From contig OY771555.1 in the NCBI GenBank assembly GCA_963674785.1, positions 288,001 through 352,000 on the forward strand: DNA of 64,000 nucleotides. The letters are read 5' to 3'. The stretch's first letter is position 1; each line of letters begins with the position of its first letter. This DNA is from Caldisericia bacterium (GTDB lineage: Bacteria; Caldisericota; Caldisericia; JAAYUI01). Of this stretch, positions 1 to 8,809 are shown piece after piece. Under the pieces are notes generated by a model that did no database searches, was not told the DNA's origin, and worked only from the letters and a program-made list of their open reading frames with translations. The translations under genes were made by a program, and so were the position numbers.

Positions 1-278
1 TTCAACTTCAATGTTGTGCCATTTGAAAGCTGGTCAACATAATTTGTTTCATATCCTGCTCCATCGCTTTTCATACCCTCAGAAACTGCATCACGGATTC
101 CTGAATAGGGGTCTTTTGTCATCGGGACCATCATTGTTTTGACTATAGCCATTTCACCATTCACCTTTTCATTGTTATCATCTGGTTCTGTCACATCACC
201 GGTGCTTGATCCTCCGCACCCGGCAAGAAGTCCAAAACAAAGAAACCCAACCAATCCAATAATTGCCAACTTTTTCAT
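1..278 (-). CDS. Lipoprotein, 3' end runs off the window (partial)
   Basis: Not in the ORF track. ATG at 278 preceded by AGGAGAG; translates MKKLAIIGLVGFLCFGLLAGCGGSSTGDV... with an LAGC lipobox; frame open to the window edge. Confidence 0.8.
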   Translation of the reverse strand, partial: MKKLAIIGLVGFLCFGLLAGCGGSSTGDVTEPDDNNEKVNGEMAIVKTMMVPMTKDPYSGIRDAVSEGMKSDGAGYETNYVDQLSNGTTLKL

Positions 279-296
279 CTACACTCTCCTTTTTTT

Positions 297-3200
297 TTAT
301 TCTCCATCTTCTTCAGTAATTTTTTCAAGAACTGTTATCACATGTGAGTTCAAAACATTGTGTTTGATCTCCGCACCTTTTGAATCTAGAAGCCTGATCT
401 TTGAAAAATCAATAACTGTATCCCCGTGTGAAATTGCTTTGAATGTTAATTTTAATAACGACCCATTGTTTTTGATGACAGAGTTATTTCCAATCAGAAC
501 GGGGCCAATTATTTTCACCTCATTTTGACTGGATTTGTGCCAGGAAAAAATAGTATTTTTCGCATCAGCAAAAATGGTACCCTTTTTTATTTGAGTAACC
601 TCAAGTTCTTTAGATTGATATATCAATTCTGTTTCTACGGCAGAAAGGTCAAATACATCGGAGATATTCAAAATGACATCGAACCTGTCTCCCGTGAATA
701 CATCTGTTGGGGCATCCATTAGGATTTCTGTATTACCCAGTTCTACCCCTGTCGCAACCACATTGATTGGTAGTCTAAATTGCCAGGTATTGAAATCCTC
801 GGCATAAATAACAATTTCGCTTTTCAGTTCATCCCCAGGCGTCACCCACCCATCTGTTTTCACAGACACCATGTAGGTAAGCTTTTCACCTGGCATTATT
901 TTTGGAGTAAGAAGAGAGGTTTTCTCATCCCTGGCGGTTTTTACATATACTCCGTCAAATCCAACTGGGACACCATCCGGGCATTCAATCTGGAATGATT
1001 GTGCCACCCCAAGCTTATTTTCTATCTCAATATCAAAGAGGATTTCTGTTGTCTCATTTATGTTTATCTCTCCAGAAAATGAGGTTGGATGGACAAGTTC
1101 TGATAGCTTTTCCTTCTGTTCTGAAAGCTCTGCATGAACTTCCATATCTTGCCCGGCTAAACAGACAATCTCTTTTGTAAAAGATGGATAACCATTCAAA
1201 ACTACCTTCATCGTGTGAAGCCCAGGGGAGGTATCAAATTCACACGGTGTTTTATCAATTGCTAATCCATCAACATAAACATATGCCTCTTCAGGGTCAC
1301 TTGTTACCTTCATGGTTGTTGTTGTTGGAATTATTCTCTCAAGAAAGTAAAGAACCCTTGCGGTTTCACCATCAGGAGTTGGAAGATCGAGAATCGTGCT
1401 GTATGGTTTATATCCCTCCTTCTCGACCTCAATCATGTATCGACCCGACTGCATATGTTCGAGTGTAAGTGGAGAAATACCCATATTCTGATAATTAAGT
1501 TTTATCTCAGCACCACTTGGAATGCCCTCAAAAATTATCTTTTCTCTTCCCCAAACTGGTGTATCAAAAATAAGAAGAATTGATCTTGATTCTGAAAACC
1601 AATCAATATGTGCCCCAAAAGCCTCGGCCACCAATCTGAGAGGAATAAATGTCTGTCCATTTTTAATAACGGCGGGTTTTGTAACCTCTCTTGTTTGATT
1701 TCCGATTGTACAATATTCCTTACCGATACCTATTTCAAAATGATAATCCTGATAGTCAATTATAGCGGTCATTGATTCAGAATTCCATGTAAAGTCGCAA
1801 GGCAGAAGATCAATTATAAACCTTAGAGGAACCATTGTGGTTCCATCCTCTGAATATGGTGAAACCTTCAGCTCAGTCTTTTCTATCCCTATCCAAGCTG
1901 ATTTCCTATCAAGCCCAAGTCTGGCTAGCAATTGATTTGGATTGTTCAGAGTCATGATTATGGGAACATCGAGATTTCCAGCATTTGAAGATTTAAGCTG
2001 TAACATCCTCTCATATGTAAAACCCTTCGAAAGGTTTTTTATGTTCGCAGAGACTAGTAAATCAGTTAAGTTTGTGAATTCATTTTTTGTGTCCCCTGAA
2101 AGTGAAAATGGATTTACGCCTTGTCTACCAATTATTTCGGCATTCCCAGAAAGCCTTGTTCCTGCAGAATTTTTAATGTCGAGTTTTACAACCGTATTCT
2201 CATCGACAATTCCAAAGTCACACACAGGTGGGTCAAGAACCAGTTTCGATTTTTTCGGAGCAGGGGGATTATCAATTCCAATGAAATAGACCTGACCGGT
2301 TGACGTAATGTCAGTTTCTGATAGGGCAAGATAGCCAAATGGCAAAACAGAAACTGCACCCCTTGGTGGACTGAATGAGTTTTTGTTATTCAGATCACTT
2401 GTTGCAGGAAAGTTTGCATCATCTGACCTCATCAGCTCAAATGATTCTCCACCAATTGTAAACTCAATTCCAAAACCTTTTTCATCCTTGTAAAAAGAGT
2501 AGAGTCCATCCGGAGATACACTGATGCTTTTATGGTCGAGGTACGCAACAATTTCACTGGTGTTTGCATCAAGAGTTAATGCTCCAGTGTGGTCAATGCC
2601 GTGGTCATTTAGGACAAGATATTTTCCGTCATCCGTCACGTAATCAACAGAATAAGCATTGCTTGTAGAGACTGTACTGTTATAGTTTAGTTCTGGTTTT
2701 GCAAACAACTTCATTCCAGAACCGTTAAACTCGCAGGAGTATATGCCATGTTTTCCACTTGTTCCACGTTCGGCTTTGAAAAAAATCTTTCCGGTTCTTG
2801 AACTCATCCCGACAGGGGAGATAAGTTTTCCAATATCATTTTCACCGTAATAGAATTTTTCTCCATCCCACTTTGGTCTTGCAAGCAATTGAAAACCATT
2901 TCCCTCTGTACTCATCGTAACAAGCCCAATACAGCTTCCCGATAGCTCTGGAGTAATTACATCTCCCCTTACAACACCAAAAAATCTGTCTCCGGTAAGT
3001 GAAAGTTGAAACCACAAAAGACTCCATCTGACACTAACTCCATCAACTGTCGTATCAGGGATTACAAAGAATCTTGCCCCGCCACCAGAAACATGAATAC
3101 TGAGAAGATAGTGCTTCCCTCCAGAAGTAGCTGTCATAAATACCCAATCGCCATAACTCGGAAGTCTTGGTTCGGATGTAACCTTGACAACTCCAGGGGC

Positions 3201-3476
3201 GTTCGATGGTCCTTTTAAAACTCCAGGGGAATAGATATTTGTGAGCTTTTTGACCTGCAGAGTCTGTGGGTCAAGTCTGAGTGCAACTAGTTGACCAGCA
3301 TCTCCCTCAACAACCAAATTTCTAAGCCCCGCAGTAACAGTCGCAGACTTTTTCTCCATATTCCAGGCAGTAAGCCTTTTAACAGAAGTAGAAACCGCTG
3401 ACACATTCCCTGTCATAGGAAAAAGAAGAGAAAAAATTAGCAAAAAAATAACCACATTTTTAAGTACTCTCATCAA
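297..3476 (-). CDS. Secreted multidomain protein: beta-propeller-like N-terminus, copper amine oxidase N-terminal (stalk) domain, two PEGA domains, C-terminal cohesin-like domain
   Basis: Signal peptide; stalk motifs GTTMVPLRFI and GQTFIPLRLVAEAFGA; PEGA motifs PSGAEIKLN...SPL and VTSDPEEAYVYVDG...TP; cohesin-like GDRFDVILNISDVFDLSAVETELIY. Confidence 0.8.
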   Translation of the reverse strand: MMRVLKNVVIFLLIFSLLFPMTGNVSAVSTSVKRLTAWNMEKKSATVTAGLRNLVVEGDAGQLVALRLDPQTLQVKKLTNIYSPGVLKGPSNAPGVVKVTSEPRLPSYGDWVFMTATSGGKHYLLSIHVSGGGARFFVIPDTTVDGVSVRWSLLWFQLSLTGDRFFGVVRGDVITPELSGSCIGLVTMSTEGNGFQLLARPKWDGEKFYYGENDIGKLISPVGMSSRTGKIFFKAERGTSGKHGIYSCEFNGSGMKLFAKPELNYNSTVSTSNAYSVDYVTDDGKYLVLNDHGIDHTGALTLDANTSEIVAYLDHKSISVSPDGLYSFYKDEKGFGIEFTIGGESFELMRSDDANFPATSDLNNKNSFSPPRGAVSVLPFGYLALSETDITSTGQVYFIGIDNPPAPKKSKLVLDPPVCDFGIVDENTVVKLDIKNSAGTRLSGNAEIIGRQGVNPFSLSGDTKNEFTNLTDLLVSANIKNLSKGFTYERMLQLKSSNAGNLDVPIIMTLNNPNQLLARLGLDRKSAWIGIEKTELKVSPYSEDGTTMVPLRFIIDLLPCDFTWNSESMTAIIDYQDYHFEIGIGKEYCTIGNQTREVTKPAVIKNGQTFIPLRLVAEAFGAHIDWFSESRSILLIFDTPVWGREKIIFEGIPSGAEIKLNYQNMGISPLTLEHMQSGRYMIEVEKEGYKPYSTILDLPTPDGETARVLYFLERIIPTTTTMKVTSDPEEAYVYVDGLAIDKTPCEFDTSPGLHTMKVVLNGYPSFTKEIVCLAGQDMEVHAELSEQKEKLSELVHPTSFSGEININETTEILFDIEIENKLGVAQSFQIECPDGVPVGFDGVYVKTARDEKTSLLTPKIMPGEKLTYMVSVKTDGWVTPGDELKSEIVIYAEDFNTWQFRLPINVVATGVELGNTEILMDAPTDVFTGDRFDVILNISDVFDLSAVETELIYQSKELEVTQIKKGTIFADAKNTIFSWHKSSQNEVKIIGPVLIGNNSVIKNNGSLLKLTFKAISHGDTVIDFSKIRLLDSKGAEIKHNVLNSHVITVLEKITEEDGE

Positions 3477-3582
3477 CAGCTCATTTTATCAAAAAACTCC
3501 TACCCTTCAAGTGATGAAAACGATTTTCTGACTTGAAAAAATGAAACCACGGCATAACTTGTAGGAGATATTAAAGGAGATA

Positions 3583-6483
3583 ATGATGAGCAATTTTCAA
3601 AAAAAGTTGATTATTTCAGTTATAGTAACCTCACTTGTATGTATGCCAATCCTTTCAGGATGTGGAAAACCCAAAGAGACTTCAGACTCACATTATAGTA
3701 CCTCAAACAATGACCCCACTCCAAAAATTGGTAAGGTATTATCTGAAAGTTTAATAACTGAAGAGAATTTGACTCATTTCGACTCCGACACTGGCATAAG
3801 CGTTTCAATATCACCACTTTGCCTGGATGATGAAGATGCAGAATTTTCGATAAGAGAAGTTTCAATTGAAAACTCTGATGAAGCTTCATGGGAAGTCTAT
3901 GATTTCAGTCTCGATGCAAATCAACCATTTGAGGGAATCATAAAGATTGAGATTCCATATTCAAGTAGCGAGGTTATCGATGGACTCAAGCCACAGGATT
4001 GTTTGAGCGGGGTTTGCTACAATGAAGAAGACGGGAAATGGGAGGAATTACCAACCAGTTTCGATACAAGCAAAAAAACAATGACAATATCAACAACACA
4101 CTTGACTGTGGTCGGAAAAAAGAGCTTTGATCCAAGAAAAATAAGTGATGGTGTTGAAAGTGGTACAACAGACATTGGTTACAAAGACTACAAAGAATTT
4201 GACCCAAACGCCCCAGACTTCCCTCCATTTTTCACAATGAATCAGGGAACTCCAGATGAATATATTACCCACTTCGATAACAATTATATTTTTGACAATT
4301 TCATGGACTACTTCGACCCAGTGATATTTAGAAACATTGAAAAGATGACATCTAAAGAGCAGGAAGATACTTTCTACAATAGCACTCTTTCATTTTTATC
4401 GGGACTTGCAGGAAGCTCTGAACATGGAACGGCTGCAGCAAAGGTTGCCCCAGATCTCATAAAGGGAGTGACATCCTCAAACTGGAGAAAACTTCATGGG
4501 TCACTTGGTCACATTGGTGCAGTGCTTTCAGTTTTACAACTTGCAAGTGATGCTTCCGAGGGAACCAATAATGATAAGGCAATCTTCACATTCATAAAAA
4601 ACATGGTCTATTATCAGGGAGCAACTGCTGCAACCTTTGTATTCGGTGAAGCTGCACTTCCAGCAGCACTTGTTTTCCTTGCGGGTTGTTATCTTTTCGA
4701 GTGGAACATAAGTTCATTTGAGGATTTGATTTTTGGTGAGATGAGTTCTGAAAATGAGTTTCTCCATAAACGTTTTATGAATACCTACGATAACTTCTAC
4801 AAAAGATACAAAACAACAGAAACACCTGGCGGAAAGAGACATTTTTATGAGTGGGGTAAAAAAATTGATCAGATTTCAGAGGAAGCTCTCAAACAGGCAA
4901 CTTTCCAAAATGATTATACAAAATGTTTCCAGAACCTTCTGATTGAAGAGATTGACAAATACAACTTAGAGTTCTTTGAACTTGATGATAACACAATTGA
5001 GAATTTCCTGACAAAGGGTGACATCGGTGCAGTCTATGGTTCAAGAGTCAGACCTCACATCCCTGATGGTGTCAGTATCTATGCAGGTGCAAAAAATGAA
5101 ATAGGGCTTACTCCGTATTATCTCAAAGGTGAGAACATCCCAGATGATTTGAATGATAATTGGGAAAAGATACTTGCTGCCATGAGACAAAACAATAGTG
5201 ATCCCGAATATTTTCCATATGAATTAAAAGAACTTGGCAGTGAAAAAAATAAAACCTTTGCATTCTATTATATTTCCGAACTTCGAGATCAAACAAATAT
5301 CAAAACTGGATTCATGAAACAATTCTTGAAAATCAAACGTGGTGATGTTATTGAAGAAATAATCAATCCAATCCTCGAACACAAACGCGAAAGGTTTGAG
5401 ACTGAGACCAAAATAAAAGCCATAAAGAGATTTTCTGAACTCAAAGATTACTACAACAGAAGACCAACCTTTGTGGTATCTGACCCGAATGCGGAGGATG
5501 TAAAATCAAAATATGCCGGATGTGTCCTTGTTCCAAAATTTCCAGAACCAAAAACCGCAAAAAACATTGAAGACTGGTTTATCACACTTGACAAAAACGG
5601 TTCAGGTGAGATGAAAATGAATCTTGTTGCATATTTTCAGCAACTTTTATTTGATGAATTCAATATCTTTGATGGGAAAGATAGGGAAAAAATCATTAAA
5701 GGTGAAGCAAAACCAATTGGTTCGGTATCATTTATCTGTGATGACTACAATCCAACCATTGAGGTTTTGCTTCCTTCAACCGATTCACTTGAGGGACAGT
5801 ACGAAGAAAAAATAGATTTTGCGGAAGAAGTCAGATATAATCAGACCAAGATGTTTGCCATAGCCAGAAGCATGGGGGATCAGTTAACCGCAACAAACAC
5901 AAAAGCTGAAGATTTGATAGTGAAACTTGATGTAGATAAAACAAATAGCCTGAATGTAAGTTTTGATGTTTCAGTTACCCTCTACGGCCCAAGTGAGGAT
6001 GGAAGTTTTGAAGGATACTGGTATCTGAAATCAAATGTTAATAGCGAAAGCTACAAAATCACTGGAACCAAAGTCGATATATTAATCCCCACAAACATGA
6101 ATATTTCTGAGCAAAGGATTTATGGCGACGGAAAAAACGAGACAACTGATCTAGGAACGGCACCAACAACATTCAAAATTGTCGGAGAGTTTGAATTTGA
6201 TAACTCTATCAAGGATTACGTTTTTATCGGGAAAATGCTGATTCCAGAAAGCTTTTACTTCTTTAATGAGAAATATGGGGAATATCATGAAGTTGAATTG
6301 ATTCTTACAAAAAACGGAACAAAAACAAGCAGACAGAGAAAAAAACTGGACTTTGAGGAATTCAATGACCCAAAATACAATCTGATTGATACCAAAGATG
6401 ATGACAAATTGCCAACAGGTTCAAACCCAATGATTCCAAAAGGAGGAGCCAATCCATTTGGAGGACAGCCGATAACTCCATGA
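3583..6483 (+). CDS. Large lipoprotein of unknown function with a ZU5/GAIN-like N-terminal region
   Basis: AAGGAG RBS; lipobox LSGC; IEIPY...YNEEDGKWEEL...TTHLT pattern; central hydrophobic helices. Confidence 0.7.
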   Translation: MMSNFQKKLIISVIVTSLVCMPILSGCGKPKETSDSHYSTSNNDPTPKIGKVLSESLITEENLTHFDSDTGISVSISPLCLDDEDAEFSIREVSIENSDEASWEVYDFSLDANQPFEGIIKIEIPYSSSEVIDGLKPQDCLSGVCYNEEDGKWEELPTSFDTSKKTMTISTTHLTVVGKKSFDPRKISDGVESGTTDIGYKDYKEFDPNAPDFPPFFTMNQGTPDEYITHFDNNYIFDNFMDYFDPVIFRNIEKMTSKEQEDTFYNSTLSFLSGLAGSSEHGTAAAKVAPDLIKGVTSSNWRKLHGSLGHIGAVLSVLQLASDASEGTNNDKAIFTFIKNMVYYQGATAATFVFGEAALPAALVFLAGCYLFEWNISSFEDLIFGEMSSENEFLHKRFMNTYDNFYKRYKTTETPGGKRHFYEWGKKIDQISEEALKQATFQNDYTKCFQNLLIEEIDKYNLEFFELDDNTIENFLTKGDIGAVYGSRVRPHIPDGVSIYAGAKNEIGLTPYYLKGENIPDDLNDNWEKILAAMRQNNSDPEYFPYELKELGSEKNKTFAFYYISELRDQTNIKTGFMKQFLKIKRGDVIEEIINPILEHKRERFETETKIKAIKRFSELKDYYNRRPTFVVSDPNAEDVKSKYAGCVLVPKFPEPKTAKNIEDWFITLDKNGSGEMKMNLVAYFQQLLFDEFNIFDGKDREKIIKGEAKPIGSVSFICDDYNPTIEVLLPSTDSLEGQYEEKIDFAEEVRYNQTKMFAIARSMGDQLTATNTKAEDLIVKLDVDKTNSLNVSFDVSVTLYGPSEDGSFEGYWYLKSNVNSESYKITGTKVDILIPTNMNISEQRIYGDGKNETTDLGTAPTTFKIVGEFEFDNSIKDYVFIGKMLIPESFYFFNEKYGEYHEVELILTKNGTKTSRQRKKLDFEEFNDPKYNLIDTKDDDKLPTGSNPMIPKGGANPFGGQPITP

Positions 6484-6525
6484 TAAACAGATTGAGTTTT
6501 TTCAGAATTTGAGTACAATTCCGCT

Positions 6526-8694
6526 ATGATGTTTCGACGGTTCATAAAGGTGGTTCTTGCGGTCATTCTCATTTTTGTTTCATTCCAATTCTATTCCCCT
6601 GCTCCAAAACAAGCTGAGGCTGCAGGTTGGACACTTGGCAATAGAGAAGTTCCCGGTCCACTTCCACCCTATCCATGGGCATCTTGGATGCCACTTGATG
6701 TGCAACGCAACATCAATTATGGAATATACAACGGTTCCAACCAGCTTCTGGATTTTGCAAAACCTACACTTTGCCGTGACCAGAAGGTTCCACTTGTAAT
6801 ATTTGTTCATGGTGGATGGTGGGTTGGTGGAAGCAAAGGAAACTATATCTACCACACCATTGCAAAAATGTTCTACCAGCTTGGTTTTGCTTTTGCATCA
6901 ATTGACTACAGACTCTCAAGGGTTGCAGATCATCCCGAAACAATAAATGACTGCAAACTTGCTGTCAGGTATTTTAGGGCAAATGCCGACCTTTATGTGA
7001 TTGATCCAGATAAAATCGGTATCTGGGGGAGCTCTGCAGGAGGCCACCTTGTGTCTCTCATGGGAACAGCAAGCGATGAAGATGGGATGGAGGGGCCAGG
7101 ACTCACAGAATTCTCATCCAGACCACAGGCTGTTGTTGATTATTGCGGTATAACAGATTTGACTAACCCATGGAGCAACACAGCAATCTATATGATGAAT
7201 TTGTTTCTGGGTTGCCATCCTTTGAATGAATGTCCTGAAAAAGCTGCTGAGGCATCACCAGTTCATCAAGCATCTCCTGATGATCCACCAATTATGATAA
7301 TGCACGGAAATCTCGATCCCACCGTGGCCTACTCTCAAGCCCAAGCATTCTCGAGAGCATTACACGCAGCCTCAAACAAGGGAGCATTCATCGAAGTCAC
7401 AAACGGCAATCACGGATTTGGTGGAGTGGATGTGAGTCCCGGATGGTATGACAGAAACTTTTTGACAATAGCCCACCTTGCACGTCACATCGAACCAGGA
7501 CTTCTGTGTGACCTTAACATGGATGGGTCAGTTGATAATACAGATGGAGATATGCTGTATGCAAGGCTTGGTGAGGTTGGGTTGCCTGCAGATGCTATTC
7601 CTGCTCCAGATACATGGAATCCTCTTGCTGATATCTATCTTGATGGGGTGATTGACTATAGGGATTTGCAGGAGTTTTGTATTGGTGTTGACCCACTCAT
7701 CCACATTAAAAAAGAACTGGTTGAGGAAAAAGGTAAAAAGAAGACATTCAGGATAACAGTCAGTAATAATGGGCCACTTGATGTTACAGGTCTTGTCATA
7801 ACAGATGAACTTCCTGATAAAATGGATTTCTTCAGCTCATCTGTTCCAGGTAGTTTGGCAGGGAATATCTTTACCATTAATGTTGATGTGTTATCAGCTT
7901 ATTCTGATTTTGTGATGTATATCACTGTAAAGCTTCCAAGTAGTCTTTCTGTTCCAAAAAATGGACTCACATTTACAAACAAAGTTTCCATGGTGTCTGA
8001 TAATACATTTGAGATAAACGCTGAAGCATCATGCAAGTTGGCTAGCTTGAGTATTGCTCAGACTGCGGATAAATATTCTGTTTATGCTGGGGATTTGATT
8101 AAGTATAGGGTTTATGTGAAAAACCAATCAGAAAAAGCTGTAAATGATTGTGAACTTACATACACATTTCCAAGAGAGCTTGAGTTTGTGACATCCAATC
8201 CAAAGGTTACTTTTGGTGCAGGAAGTGTGACAGTGCCTGCAGGTACTATTAATCCGGGACAGAGTAGTTATTTTGAGTTTGTGTTCAGAGCAAGAGATAT
8301 TGGCGTTTCTGGGGATGGAACAGCCATGAGCAACACTGCAACAATATTTGGTGAAGAGATTAATCCACTCTCGGCCACATCCACAGCCGTCTATAAAGAA
8401 AAAATGGTCAGTAGAGAATTACTTGTTGATATTTCCTGGAATGGAATAGATACAAAGAATAGTTCATGTTCAGTCGGAGATGAAATTGAACTCTTGTTTG
8501 ATATTTCTGGTGGATCGGCTCCATACCAAATAAAGATCGACTGGGGGGATGGGGAGAGGTCATTTATGAGTACTGATGATACAGTGGTGTTATCTCATGT
8601 TTGGGGTGAGGCTGGGGAGTATGAGGTTATGGTTGCTGTTGCAGATGCTTATGGGAAAATGAAGTTTTCGAACAGAAAAATCATGGTCAAATAA
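6526..8694 (+). CDS. Secreted alpha/beta-hydrolase (esterase/lipase) with dockerin-like EF-hand pair, two DUF11 repeats and a PKD domain
   Basis: HGGWW oxyanion motif, GSSAGG nucleophile elbow, HGNLDPTV and NHGF (Asp/His of the triad); DLNMDGSVDNTD and DIYLDGVIDYRD; DUF11 ITVSNNGP...ITDELP; PKD IDWGDG...HVWGEAGEYEV. Confidence 0.85.
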   Translation: MMFRRFIKVVLAVILIFVSFQFYSPAPKQAEAAGWTLGNREVPGPLPPYPWASWMPLDVQRNINYGIYNGSNQLLDFAKPTLCRDQKVPLVIFVHGGWWVGGSKGNYIYHTIAKMFYQLGFAFASIDYRLSRVADHPETINDCKLAVRYFRANADLYVIDPDKIGIWGSSAGGHLVSLMGTASDEDGMEGPGLTEFSSRPQAVVDYCGITDLTNPWSNTAIYMMNLFLGCHPLNECPEKAAEASPVHQASPDDPPIMIMHGNLDPTVAYSQAQAFSRALHAASNKGAFIEVTNGNHGFGGVDVSPGWYDRNFLTIAHLARHIEPGLLCDLNMDGSVDNTDGDMLYARLGEVGLPADAIPAPDTWNPLADIYLDGVIDYRDLQEFCIGVDPLIHIKKELVEEKGKKKTFRITVSNNGPLDVTGLVITDELPDKMDFFSSSVPGSLAGNIFTINVDVLSAYSDFVMYITVKLPSSLSVPKNGLTFTNKVSMVSDNTFEINAEASCKLASLSIAQTADKYSVYAGDLIKYRVYVKNQSEKAVNDCELTYTFPRELEFVTSNPKVTFGAGSVTVPAGTINPGQSSYFEFVFRARDIGVSGDGTAMSNTATIFGEEINPLSATSTAVYKEKMVSRELLVDISWNGIDTKNSSCSVGDEIELLFDISGGSAPYQIKIDWGDGERSFMSTDDTVVLSHVWGEAGEYEVMVAVADAYGKMKFSNRKIMVK

Positions 8695-8703
8695 ATAAAG
8701 CCA

Positions 8704-8752
8704 GTCATTCCGGGCTCTTCCCCATGTCATTCCCGGCTACGACCGGGAATCT
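8704..8752 (+). repeat. REP-like hairpin, family A: partial copy plus full copy gtcattcccggctacgaccgggaatct
   Basis: 8726-8752 is the exact reverse complement of 36174-36200; stem attcccgg/ccgggaat. Confidence 0.85.
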
Positions 8753-8809
8753 GATAAAATGTCGCATTAGACAATTCGGCACATTTCATATAAAATATCC
8801 CCTTGTTAA

